Source of the DNA: Camelus ferus
Taxonomy: Eukaryota
Direction: 5' to 3'
Length of the DNA: 64,000 nucleotides
Assembly (NCBI RefSeq): GCF_009834535.1
Contig: NC_045697.1
Coordinates: 72,418,001-72,482,000 of the forward strand
A program made the position numbers and the translations under genes. Shown here in pieces: positions 1-12,500 of this stretch; positions within the stretch are counted from its first letter, which is position 1; every line of letters begins with the position of its first letter. Under the pieces are notes generated by a model, which worked only from the letters and a program-made list of their open reading frames with translations, did no database searches and was not told the origin of the DNA.

Positions 1-301
1 GGTGGGAGACCCGATGTTTGCAGATAAGGTTGAGTTGGGAACCGGCCCATCTTTTTCATCTCCATCGCTCCCTGCAGCGTGTTTATTTTAGAGCAGGGTA
101 AGTCATCGTTATCTAAGGCGCTGTGTATCAGGCCGCCCCAGCTTTCGTGTGGGTGTGAGCGTGTGGGAGAGAAACACATATACACGTAATATGTGTTTGG
201 CAGGGGTTTTTTTTTTTTTTTTTTTTGGTAACAAAATTAGAAAATAAACTCCATTCGCATAGGGAAGAGTTGACCCCCATGATAATGGGGGCATTTGAGG
301 T

Positions 302-309
302 CACTTCCG
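302..309. promoter_or_regulatory. ETS-like motif CACTTCCG in the CpG-containing 5' part of CISD2 intron 1
   Basis: The first ~400 nt hold more CpG than the rest of the window, consistent with a CpG-island edge. Motif match only. Confidence 0.25.
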
Positions 310-1185
310 TTACGACGGGCCTGGAGGCAGTTTAGGTCACTCGAGTTGGAGGAAAGATCCCTTGGTTAGTAACATGGACCAAGAATTAGACGATGAAATT
401 TAATGAATATATGTAACATTTTATACATATGTTACCTCCTTTAGAAAATAGAATCCACAACTCTGGATTTCACATTTGAAGGATGAAAATTAACAGAATG
501 TAGTCAACACTTGGAAGATTTTGTTGGGTTCTGAGCATTAAGTGTGAGTGGGATATTTGTAAACCAGACCAGGGACTGATTAGGATGAGGAGGGAAAAAA
601 ACCCAAACATACTGATAAAGCAAACATTGAACTCATATGTCCTGACTATCAGGGAATGTAAACAGGAATTCAGATAATTTTGAGTTAACAGGGTTGCTTA
701 GCCTATAGCAGTCTGGAGATCTATGGTAGCTGACTTTAAAATACTGTATTTGGAAGGCTGGCTGGTGGAAGAAAAATAAGATTTATTCTCTGTATACTGA
801 AAGTCAGAACTAGGACCAAATGAGTGCAGGTTGTCTGAACGTGGATTTCAGCTCTCATACAAGGAATTATTATTATTTTTTTAATTAGAGAATACTTGAC
901 CCAAACAGATGGGGTCCTTTGAGAGAGATGCCCTCTCAGAGATTTAAAAAAAAAAAAAAAAAGGCAATGTGGTGGTGAATAGATTTAGATGCGATAAACT
1001 AGAAACTGTTCTAAATCTAGAGATTCTTTGAATTATGGTCAGAGACATTTGCTCTATTGACAAATGGATGGTGAGATTTTAACATTTTAGATGTTAAGAG
1101 GTTTGGTAGAAAGGGTGATTTTGAATAGAAAGGGTTGTAACTGACTAAACATTAAAAAGAAACATCTAAACATAAGCAGCAAGCT

Positions 1186-1320
1186 GGGAGGATATAGCTC
1201 AAGTGGTAGAGTGCATGCTTAGCATACACAAGATCCTGGGTTCAATCCCCAGTACCTCCTGTAAAATAAAATAAAATAAACCTAACTACCTCCCCTGCCA
1301 AAAAAAAAAAAAAAAAAAAA
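1186..1320 (+). mobile_element. tRNA-Ala-derived SINE (camelid vic-1-like)
   Basis: A box TAGCTCAAGTGG, AGC anticodon-like loop, B box GGTTCAATCC, (TAAAA)n linker, CCTAACTACCTCCCC tail and poly(A). Confidence 0.88.
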
Positions 1321-3167
1321 GCAACATAATTGTAACGAAAAAACTTTCAAATCAAGTGTTTATAAACGTCGTAGTTTTTTGATTATACAAGTTTATTCTG
1401 ATTGTGGCAATTATGTAAAATTGACTTCTTCCCCCTTAGTTCTTTTACTGAAGCACTTTACATATTTTAATGTATTCCTCATCTTGTTCTAACAACTATG
1501 TATATAATCTTATTTTAAATTAACATCACAGTAGGTCTAACCATTCCCCTGCAGCTGGAAATTTGGAATGTTTTTATGTATCTTTTTTATTCATAGCGAT
1601 CAGTGATAAGTAGCCCTGTACCAATTGTTATTTTTTTCTCCTTTGAATTATACCCTTGAATATATTCACTCAATAGTAATACCAGGTACAAAGAATATGA
1701 TCATTTTGTAACATTTGTTCCCAGTTGCCAATTTACCTTACTAACTTGCATAAATTAACTGCTGAGTTTTTAACTCTCAAGAAGGAAAACAAAAAATCTC
1801 TTTACTCCCACCACAGTCCGATTTAACCTGAATTCTGAATTGTCTGTTGATTCTGATTGTGGCTGGTTTTATATTAGTTTCAATATTCTGTAAATAGAGT
1901 GTAGTTGAAGCAGATTGGAAAGTGTATTTAATCAATAAAAATATATTAAAAAAAAGTATATTTGATTTAGTAGCTAGATTTTCAAACTTTTCCCCCCCCA
2001 AAGATTCCTACTGTCAACAAATATTTAACTCCTATTAAAGGCATTAAGGAAACTCAATCTAAACTTTTTCCCTCTTGAATCAATAATATAGAGTAGCTTC
2101 CTCTTTAAAGCTGTTAAATATTTAATGTGAAGATTGCTTCTTAGAAATAATGACAACTTTGATAAATACCTTAATAGTACATATTTAACTTAAGTCCCAT
2201 TGCAGCCTGTGTACAGTTCTCATTGTATTGCCTATTTGTTTAGGAAACATTAACATGTTTGTAATAACTACTTTGTGAAAAAAGAGTCTGTTTTGTACTG
2301 GACAGTGACAGTATAACAGTTGCAGATCTATTTTGGAGCACTATGGAAGAAAAGCTTCAGTGACCAATTTCCACTCTGAGTCTCCCTGTCTGGTTAGGTT
2401 GTAATAGCTAATGACATTTGGCTCTCTTGAATGAGCTACTTTTAGAATCCAGCTTAGAATTTTGTTGAAATAAAAACCTGAAAGATAACTTTTCAACATA
2501 ATTGTTTAAAATGTCTGCTAGACAAAAATATTTTCATTTTCTATTTATGACAATTTGAGCAAAAAAAGTTACAGTTTACCTTGTTCTTGACTGTTTCTCC
2601 TTCCCTTTTTAGATCCAGTAGTTTTTTTTTTTTTTTAAAACAACTGACTCTCTCATGATGACTCTGCATTCTTAGTAAACACCTGGAGATCCTTAATTAC
2701 CATACAGTATTTATAGGCAGCCTTTACCTATCAAAACAACATATCTATCTTTGTTTAGGTCACATTTTTAAGAGTGAGGCTTTTAAGGTAAATTAGTGTA
2801 ATTCTACCTTTTGAAAGTATAGTGTATTCAAATACTTTGACCTTTAAAAAGGCTTTCCCTGTCATATAAACTTTTTAAATATGGGAACAACCAAAAAAAA
2901 TCTCCCCATTCAAAAGTCAGGAAACAGTTTACTTCTAGATTTAAAAGCTAGCTCTGAAACTTTGAATATAGTAGTTCTTCCCCACTTGAACTAGTTAGCT
3001 TCTTTGAAACATAATGGTTTTACTCCTAAGACAAGGCAGTGAATCCTAAGACTATAATAATATTTTTCCCAGAGTAACACAGACATGTCAGAGCTAACAT
3101 CTTCAAGGGCATTAGCTCCAGAAAGGGCCAGTTTTGAACAAAGTGTTTAGAAGTTGAACAGAGCTGA

Positions 3168-3560
3168 AAACTATCCACAAAAAGACTTATACAAACATGT
3201 TATTTAACAGCCTTATTTATAATAATCCCAAACTGGAAACAACCCAGGTACCTACCAATATGAGAGTGGATAAACAAAGTATGGTATATTCATAGAGTGG
3301 AATACTGGTTAGTAATAAAAAGGAATGAATTACTGATCCACCGGATGAATCTCAAAAATGTTATACTGAGTGAAAGAATCTCTGATTATAAGAATCAGTG
3401 GTGGGGAGATAGGGTAGAAGAGGGCAGAATATTTTCTGAGGTGATGGAGATATTTTACATATTTTTATACATTTTCAGTGAAGGCTCCCAGGAGTATATT
3501 TGTCACAACTCAGCTAAATACCTAAGATCAAGTTCAAACTAGAGTTGCATTTATTAACAT
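3168..3560 (+). mobile_element. Old L1 3'-end fragment
   Basis: AACTGGAAACAACCCA, GGATAAACAAA..TGGTATATTCATA and ATGAATCTCAAAAA are typical L1M 3' sequence. Confidence 0.7.
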
Positions 3561-5548
3561 GTAAATAATAAAGGTTATTTCTGAAAGATTGAAGAATTTT
3601 ATTTTAGAAAACTTTTGTTTTTGAGAATTTGGGAAAATATTTACATAGTTACTATAAACTGTGGAAGTTTTTTCCCCCCTCTTCCTAGCTAGGCCAACTA
3701 TTTTTAAAAGTCAGTGTAATTAAAGATTATACTAGCCTTTGTGGAGAACAACTTAGGTGTCATTGAAACATCTTCATCCATGTAACTACTTTGCAATTTA
3801 GAATTCCTCAAGTCATCAAAGATTTACTGAGCACTTACTATGGGCCAGGCAATGTTCTAGATACTGGGACACAGTTCTATTTATGGTACTGAGTGGAAAA
3901 AAGATTTTTAAATTGATTGTTAATTTCATTTTATTGGCCGTTTAGTCCTGAATAGTCTGTATTAGGTTTTAAGTGGTAATAGTAAAGCCATTCATTGAAA
4001 ATATTTTACTTTCATCCTTCTAAAGTTTAGAAAGAAATTCATTTATATGTTTTACCCATAAATGACACGTAAGAAAATGTTATGAAAGTATCAGCAACCA
4101 AGTTGCCAGTATTATTTTTATGGTATCATTATATGCAACCTTTTGAATAGGAAACGAAATACAACAGAATGTTCCCAACCCTTGACTGATTAAAAGTTAT
4201 TTTATTTTTTATACTTTTCTAAATTTTGTAAAATAAATGCAATTTCTGATAATCCTAAAAGAATTTTAGAATATACTGCACAAAATCCACATTATACCTA
4301 ATAATTAGTAGGTAATTAGTAGGTAATAGATTTCCCTTCACAGTAGCTAATATATCTGCAGTAGCTCAACATATATCAGACAGGTTCATAGAAAATAGCC
4401 AATCTTAAAGTTCTTCTTTAAATTTCTTGTTTGGTTTTTCTGTACTTCATATTTCTCTACCAAAAATCAGCCCTAATAAATATACATAAAATGATTTAAT
4501 TGAGCTTTATAGGCTGTATTATTTTCCTTTATAAATCTTTTCTGTAGTTAAATTGAAGTTTGTCATCTTTTAAAAAATAGGCTTTACTGAATAAGACTTG
4601 CATAAATTATTACTTTATTGTAAGAAATAATAGTACTTTCATCACTGTATTACTACAGAGTAGTATTTTGCGAAGGAATTAAATATTAGAAGAATATTTT
4701 CTGAAGTAGATTTTTAAAACCATGTTAACACCATTTATTTCTTGAAATTTGTGAGTTAAGACAGGAAATGCTAAACTTAAGAATCTAAGTTAGGGTTTTT
4801 CATCTTTACATTCTTATTCATTTACTTTTTGACTTTGAGTCACTTAACCTCTTGTTACTTTTTAAGTTTGTAAATTTTGTAATATACCAAGAAATACTTA
4901 ATGTTATTCTACATTCAACAAACGTTTATTGAATAACTAGTGTTTTGAGATACTATACTGGATGCTGGGGCCAGTAACAGTCTGAGATATTGATTGCCTG
5001 ATCTAGAGATACGTGTAAATAAGTAATTACAGTACAATATGGTGAGTGAGAAGGGGACTGACATTTATGCTCTACATTCGTTCATTCATTACGTTACTCA
5101 TTAAACATTTATGAGGTATCTGCTTTGTGCCAGAAGAGTAGTACACAGCTCCTTTTCATACATGCAGGCTTATGGAAGAGTCAGCTTTATAAACAGGTAA
5201 CAGTGGTATAATAAAAGAAACTGAGGGAAAGGGGCTTGGAAGTAAAGGAGGGAGTGATTAATTTTGCTTTGTGAAATCAAGGCAGACTTATGGAGGAGGC
5301 AGTGTTTGACCCTACTTTTAAAGGGTCCACGTAAATGGGTCTGATAGACCACAGGTAGAAAGGCATGGCAGACAGAAGGAATTCCTTATGCAAAGAACAC
5401 AGGAAACCTTCCACTAAGTAATAAGTAGCTTTGGCCAGCTTTAGGTACACGAGGAATGGGATGTTTGTGGGAATTGAAGCTGTCAAAGTAGCCTTGCTGT
5501 GTCATACTTTATGGAAACATTGGTCTTTACAGAAACAGTGGTCTATGG

Positions 5549-6278
5549 CAGCACCATCCAGAAACCTTTCTGTGATGAAGAAATGTTTTCTGTGCTGTCA
5601 AATAATGGTAACCACTAGCCACACCTGGCTCTTGAGCTGCTGAAATATGACTGTGTCTTAGAAACTGAATTTTGAATTTTACTTAATTTTAATTTATTTA
5701 AATAGCCACACATATGCATTAATCAGGTTTTTTATTTTCTATGTTTTGTGATGTTTGGACATCTTGGGGTCTTTGCTGGCCAGGGAGAACCTGCCCCCTC
5801 CCAGGACTAGCTAATTCATAGAGATAATAAACTACTTGCCTGTGAGCATACCTTTCATATGCAAGCAACCAATCCAAAGCCTACACTCCAATTACCTCCT
5901 CTCCCTAACTCTCACTTACCATGCCAGTTTTTCCCCTGCCCTAAGTCACCCCAGGGCCAGATCTGAGACAACTAGGGACCAGCCCTACAGCCCAGAGCCC
6001 ACTGAAATTATTCAACCTAGTCAATCCTAAACAGTTTACCCTACCTTGCCTTTTCCATAGAAACCGCAATAAACACTTGTGCCCTTTCCTCTCACCTTCC
6101 TTCTGGCAAATCCTTGTACTTCCGTTGTGGTCCTGTGTGTCATGGTGTGTGCCCTCCTCTTGGGAATTGTAAGTAAACTTTCCTTTCAAGGCAGTTGTCT
6201 CCATGTCTGTCATCTTACCATACCTGATTAAAATAAAATCAAAACTGTGGCTAGTGGCTACTATATTGGACAGCACAG
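5549..6278 (+). mobile_element. MER3-like hAT-Charlie element split in two (5549-5710 and 6246-6278)
   Basis: CCACTAGCCACA..GAAACTGAATTTT..AAATAGCCACA | TGTGGCTAGTGGCTACTATATTGGACAGCACAG rejoin to a MER3-like sequence. Confidence 0.8.
5713..6245 (+). mobile_element. Solo LTR (ERV1-like, subfamily uncertain) inserted in the MER3-like element
   Basis: About 530 nt, higher GC, ATATGCAA/CCAAT block, AATAAA near 6068. Interrupts the host element. Confidence 0.65.
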
Positions 6279-7873
6279 AACTCTAGATAGACCCCTCCCC
6301 ACCAAGAAAAAGTTCTTTGTCATTTCTGGAACTTTAATTCATTCAAAGGATTTATGTGGAGTGTCTCCACTTCAGTTATGAGAATAGAACAGCCAGCCTG
6401 ACTGCAACATCTTATCCTTACAGAGTTTCATTTGGTGACTAAAAGATTGTCCCCAAAGATTTCTGCCATATAGCATTGTCAGGTTGAATTGGCAAAATAT
6501 TTTTTTTCAGAGAATTTGCTACCAATCTTTGTAATTTCTTAATCAAAGCTACCATTTATCATACATCGTCTCTGTGCCAGGCACTCTTATAAGAGCTATA
6601 CATATGTAAATAGGTTGTTTTGTCTAGAACTCATAACAAACCTTTGGCGTGGTGTTGTAGTGAAGTTTCATTTTGGAAGAGTTAGTGTTAAGCTAGTCTT
6701 TCTTTCAATAGTTAACCAAGAAGAACAGTTATCTCTAGAGAGTAGTTTTACCAACAGAAGAACAGATAAAATTTTAGATCTGTTGAATTTGATTGATGGT
6801 GATTAAAAACAGACTTTGGACTTACTGTCCTGGACTAAACCTGCTTAAGCTCCAGTTTACCCACATGAAAAGTGGGAATATTAATGCTGCCTAACAAATG
6901 CAGTTGTTTAAGCCAACACAGTATTAAATGAGGTAATACAGTGACACTCTTAGCTTGGTCTGTTCATTTGCCATTAACATTTATTAGCATGCCTTAGCAC
7001 GTGACCTTCAAGTTTTCTCTTTCTCCACTAAGCTATTTCTATATAGTGCTTATTAGCAAGTTACCAAGTTAGCACTTACTGAAGGACATCAAGTGGTAAC
7101 TCTTGAAGGACTGAAAGGATTCCCTCCGGAGCCTAGCAGAGGCCGGGCGCTAACTAGCATTTGATAAGTGCATACTGAAATATTTATCTTGGCTTCCTGG
7201 TGTTTCATTTATATTACTTACATTCCCTATCCCTCTAAGACAGTGTTGAGTACTACAGAAAGCTTTAATGAACTCTTATGGAAGAAAACATGTATCGAAT
7301 AGAACGTATGTGAAAATTTCAGTTAGCTCTTTAAAATAGTAGTTTTACACAACATTTAGGTGTTTCTTCAGAAATTACTGTGCCTTAAAAGAAAAAACTA
7401 TACCTTACCAAAAATGTAAATTAAAGCATTGAAGACATGTTCTGTCATAAATTATAAACCAGTGGTAAACCATGGATATTCGATTGTATGATTTTAGACA
7501 TGGTGGAAATGTTTTTTAAACCTATAAAATGTATCACACATTGAATTTTGTTTATAATTAATGGTGAGCATAATTCCTGAATTAAAGATAAACACAAATA
7601 TATTTAGTGAGGATAATTAGCATATTTGATAGAAGACCTATTTCTGAAAATTAGGTTTTTTAGTTTCAAAAGTCTCAAGTTAGCCCACAAATAAAACAAG
7701 GTGGTCCTGGGTATAGGTGTCTTGATCGTTAATTATTCACAGTTTTACAGATAAATAGTTAAGACCTTAAGATGAGAAATAAAGAATAGATAAAGATAAG
7801 CTCAAGGATGAGACATGCTATTTGAGTTCTGTTACAGGAGCACACAGATTCTAACAAATCTGTGCATGTTTAG

Positions 7874-8088
7874 TTTCAGAATGGCTTCGGTTATTGCCTT
7901 TCCTTGGTGTGCTCGCGCTACTTGGCTACCTTGCAGTTCGTCCGTTCCTCCCGAAGAAAAGGCAACAGAAGGATAGCTTGATTAATCTTAAAATACAAAA
8001 GGAAAATCCCAAAGTGGTGAATGAAATAAACATTGAAGATTTGTGTCTTACTAAAGCAGCTTATTGTAGGTGTTGGCGTTCTAAGACG
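7874..8088 (+). CDS. CISD2: CISD2 (Miner1/NAF-1/ERIS) coding exon 2: transmembrane helix and first half of the CDGSH 2Fe-2S domain
   Basis: AG at 7872-7873, GT at 8089-8090, 215 nt. Translates (V)SEWLRLLPFLGVLALLGYLAVRPFLPKKRQQKDSLINLKIQKENPKVVNEINIEDLCLTKAAYCRCWRSKT, essentially mammalian CISD2. Confidence 0.98.
7918..7986 (-). CDS. SLC9B1: Candidate alternative terminal exon of SLC9B1, antisense to CISD2 exon 2: INQAILLLPFLREERTNCKVAK*
   Basis: Minus strand reads TTTTCCTTTTGTATTTTAAG|ATTAATCAAGCT, phase 0 compatible with the exon 11 donor, TAG at 7920-7918. Resembles the C-terminus I recall for a shorter human SLC9B1 isoform. Use in this species is unproven. Confidence 0.4.
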   Translation of the reverse strand: MNQAILLLPFLREERTNCKVAK

Positions 8089-8349
8089 GTAAGATGTCTA
8101 TTTACACATATGCTGAAATTTTGTGCAGTTAGGCTTGTTTTGCTTCTTAAATCCTCAGTTTTATGATTCCGTGAGATGAGAGATTTTTCCATAGTATTCA
8201 TCACTGAAAGTCTGTATTCTTAAAGTTCACCTCCTATAATCAATAAACTTCCTACATTAGGAAAGTTACAGCAGCATGGAAGGATAGAAATCTATTTTCA
8301 CTGTGTTCAGCAGTTAGCTAGAGTAACATGTAGTTTAAAACACTTATGT

Positions 8350-8570
8350 TTTGAGAGAACATAAGGCTTAGTGGAAAAGAGCTTAAGCTTTGGAGTTGGA
8401 ATAAACTATTCAAATCTGATGTCAGCCACTTAACAGTATATGACTTAGTCTTTAATCTCTGATCATCAGGGGTTTTTTAAAATCTGATAATAAATCAATA
8501 CCATGTTTCTGAGGATTTAGTGAGATGATATGTGCACAGCGCCTTATATATAGTATGAGCTAGTAAATGG
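8350..8570. mobile_element. MIR SINE remnant in CISD2 intron 2
   Basis: TAGTGGAAAAGAGC..GCTTTGGAGT..TTCAAATC..GCCACTTA..TGAGGATT MIR-like core. Confidence 0.6.
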
Positions 8571-9435
8571 CAGGTGTAATTACGGATGATTTTTATTGTG
8601 GAAGTTAAAAAGAAGAATTTGGAGTGATGGGTATTATAAGTCATTGATGAGATCTGTTTTCTTCTACTTTGAGCATTGCCTGTTTGAGGTTTTAAGTACA
8701 ATTATGTTCATCACAGCATCCTTTGTAATAAAATTTTAGAAACAATCTAGATATCTGATAATAGGGGAATGATTAAAGTGTGGTATAATACAAATGATGG
8801 GATATAAGGAAGCTATGAAAAATCACGTTTTTTAAAGAATATATAATAACATGGGAGCATGATGTAATATAAACAAGAAGCATATTACAGTTTGATCCCA
8901 ATTTTGCTTAAAAAAAGAATACACAAAGTAAGTACAGAAGGAAAGACATACCAAAATGTTGATTATTGTTACCTATGAGTAAGTTTTTAAAAATATATTT
9001 AAATTTTTAAAGAAATGTTAGAGTATGCATGAGTTTTATAGTAAGAAAACATTATGAAATAATTTATTTTGCATTTAAATTACATTCTTTTTAAATTTAA
9101 AATAAGTGAAGCGATGAGCTCAAATTTACAGCTCTATAGAGAGTAACAGCTTATTTTGACTCCCTTTGACGACTGTTATATTGACTTAGATGGAATCATC
9201 CAGAGCTTTTTATTTAAAATCTACCAAGTGACAAATTAACTAAACTTGTTAGATTTGCTGTAGTATTGGAATGTAGTTAGGTTAGATGTGGAGTACATCT
9301 GTTACTCAGGAAAGCTATCTGATATGTTCTTCCCCCTTAAAGTTAATGGAGTTTCTTTGTAAGAGCATTACACAAATCTTTCTACTTACTGAATCATTTT
9401 AAAAATAACAATTGTAATTTTTTTTTCCTTTCTAG

Positions 9436-9525
9436 TTTCCTGCCTGTGATGGTTCACACAATAAACACAATGAATTGACAGGAGATAATGTGGGCCCACT
9501 AATACTGAAGAAGAAAGAAGTATAA
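9436..9525 (+). CDS. CISD2: CISD2 coding exon 3 (terminal): FPACDGSHNKHNELTGDNVGPLILKKKEV*
   Basis: Pyrimidine tract plus AG at 9434-9435, phase 0 matching exon 2, CDGSH motif, C-terminal KKxx ER-retrieval motif, TAA at 9523-9525. Confidence 0.98.
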   Translation, partial: FPACDGSHNKHNELTGDNVGPLILKKKEV

Positions 9526-12500
9526 TAGTAGTGAAGTAGGGTGGAATTGAGTTGTGTGCTGTAAAATCTTATGACAATATTTTTTCATTCTTTGTGTGTA
9601 GAAGATCTTTCAGATGGTGGTTTTTATTATTGCTACTGGTTGAATAATTATTTCTGCCAATTTATTTTCTTGCTACACTACTGTTTATATTTGATACTTT
9701 GTATATTCATTTATATAGAAAGCAAATTGAACAACTCTTTCATTCTGACTTCAAAGAATATATCTTCCTATAATAAAACTAACACTTTTGCTTTTCATTA
9801 ATTGAGAAAAATCTAAGTTTTTGGCAATGAGTCCAAAGCTGTTTCTTTGAACATCAATATTTTCAACAGACTCTATATTTTAGTATTTTCTCCCTACACT
9901 GTTAAATGTATTATTTTTTAGTGCTCTTCTGTTTTGGTCATTTGAAGTGATTTTTTTTCCCCTTTTGGGAATTCCATATTCCATTCTTTTTAGATCAATA
10001 AGAAAAATCTTGCTGTCAAGAATTGCTTGAGTTTTCAAAGAGAAACTCTTTACTTTATAAATATTGTTGCCTATAAATATGAATATCCAAATTTCAGAAA
10101 AGATGGGGAACTGGGTATAAAAAGTTCCAACAAGGAAAAATTATTTACTTTATAAAAGATTTGTTTACTTCATAAAAGGCTTGTTTGTGTCTGTTTACGT
10201 GTGTTGTGTATATGTATCTTGAGCCATCTGACTCAGTGACAAGGTGGGGCGGGGTGGCAAGAACACTTATGGCTAAACAAACTCATGAACTGCTACAGTT
10301 TGAAGGTCAATTAGGAATAAAGTATATCCGAATTTACATTAAAATGATAATAGTTCAGTGTTCAAAGCTGTGTCAATATGAACATTTTAATCCTCTTTAT
10401 TACAAAAGGTTTGAAAAATAAAATTACTGGAGAATCTTTAGAACTTTTGTTAATTTTTTAGCCCAAGAGTCTGTTTAGTTTTCATCTTATATTACAATTC
10501 TTATAGTAATAGCTGTCATTCAGTCTGTCTAGTAAAGGTACATTGCAGTCAGTTCCCTCTGCCTTCTTTATATGTGAAGAAGGTTTGGGAGACAGACATA
10601 TTTAATTCTTCTTCCAATAATCATCAAAGCTAAGTACCAGACACCACACTAAGCATGGTACCTGGATTTTTAGTTTATTACATGTAATGTCATTAGCTTC
10701 AATTACGTGATCTTGATTTTCTCTTGAACAATAGTAGGAATTTTAATTTTAGGGTTAGAAATGTAGGTGTGGTTTTGAGAAGTTTTACAAGGTATATGTC
10801 TAAAATTGTTACTTCTCTCTTCTCTCCTCACCTGTGAGTAGGGAGAAATATAATATTGCTCTCACTTTGGCTCTGGGGAAAAACCTTTCTCACCAGAAGT
10901 TTGAATATCCTGGTCTGTGGTCATAAAATACTTTTCTTTAAAAGCATTTCACTGCAAATCACAGCAGCATGGTTTTATACATGTTCTAGTGGTTCCTATT
11001 CTTACATTTTACAGGAGAAGGTAAAATTTCCCCCAAATGTGGAAACTAAAGTGAAATTATCAATGTTAAAATTTGTTAAGTGTAAGAACATTTACAAAAT
11101 TGAAAACTATCATCTCATAAAAGGTAATTTTAACACCTCAAAAGTAAGAAGGTTATACTCTCAGAATAAAGTTTTTTCTCCCCACATTTTCAGTTGTTAA
11201 AATTTGTTAAAGCGTTGTGCCCAAATATTTTCCCATCTGTGCAAATTTTTCAGCAGCCTTGGGCTGTAGCAAGCTGTTATTTTAATAACCCCTTTACATA
11301 AGCATTATTACCAGTTGCTGTTACTTCCTCTTATAAATTCACAGAATTCTATCATGTCTGCCTTAAAAAAATGACATCTAATAGAAATCTAGCTGCATCT
11401 GAACTGATAAAACAAGATAACTTGGCTCTTGAAATATGTATCTTGGATTTCTAGAACCTTCGAGAAACATCTCTATTGTTACTGTCACATGGTGTTTTTG
11501 AAGACTGCTTCTCCCTAACCAGGGCACTTACTCATTGCTTGACTCAGCAGTTGAGCACAACCATTACATAAATAGGTATCCAAAACTGTTGAGCAGTCTT
11601 GAAATATTAGTGATTCATTCATATGGGTAATTAAGCAAGTTGTATTTTGAAAAGCATGTTATAGTTCAGCTTTGAGTTCAGTGTCTCATATGATGACTCA
11701 TTAAATTGCTTTTGTATTTTGTAACCTAATTTGTTAATAAGTTTATGGGAAGCTAATTAAGCCAGCTGCTGATGTATATAGTTCCACCTTTCTTACTGTG
11801 ATCCTACACTCTTCATTAGAAACGTGCTATTAGACTCTTCCTCTGCAAAGAGTTTTAAAGGTTTTAATGAGTTCTTAAATTTAGGTGAATATTTTATTTA
11901 CTACTTAGCAGAAACATCTAGCTGCACTTTACCTGTTTAGAATTCAGTTGTGGCAGCATCACCAACCTGGAGAAGGCAAGGGGAGTTGTCACTAATACTC
12001 GACTTTATTTAGAAGTGAGTGCGCTCAGATCCCCATCTTCAGTGTCTACTTACTCTTCACACCTAATTCTAACAAGTTTGGTTATCTGATTTCTGTTTCT
12101 GAACAAATCATAAGTATCGGCATCGACAGGGTCCTGCTAGAGACAGGTAAACAATAAAGTGTGACAGCTGACAGCAGGGGAGGGAATCAGAAAATTTATA
12201 TGAACACTAAAAGCCTAGCCGCTTGAGACCCTTTAATACAGGATCCTACACACTACAGTCCCTGAGAGCATCACTGTGATCAAGTTACATAAATGATGTT
12301 GAATGAATTTGAATCAAGATAAGTAGTACATGGTATTTAAGAAGGTAGGATATTCTGTTGCACTTGGTGATACCAATTTCCACATTATTGTTAAAAGCTT
12401 AATGTTTAAAGTGTATATCCAGGTGGAAATTTTATGCAGAAAACACTATGACTCATTCCTTGATATTTGGAGGCTTATCATAGGAAGTTTTTCATTCAGT

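Noticed and set aside
1186..1258. tRNA-Ala(AGC) gene
   Set aside because: The anticodon stem is mismatched, the sequence continues into a SINE tail and poly(A), and a second dispersed copy exists.
8089..8166. ORF-track extension of CISD2 exon 2 (VRCLFTH...)
   Set aside because: Read-through past a canonical GTAAGA donor into intron 2. It would lose the CDGSH motif.
9460..9465. AATAAA inside CISD2 exon 3
   Set aside because: It encodes Asn-Lys in conserved coding sequence, and there is no evidence it is used as a poly(A) signal.
10856..11200. 114-aa ORF in the CISD2 3' UTR
   Set aside because: Non-ATG start, no recognisable homology and no splice context. It is expected by chance.
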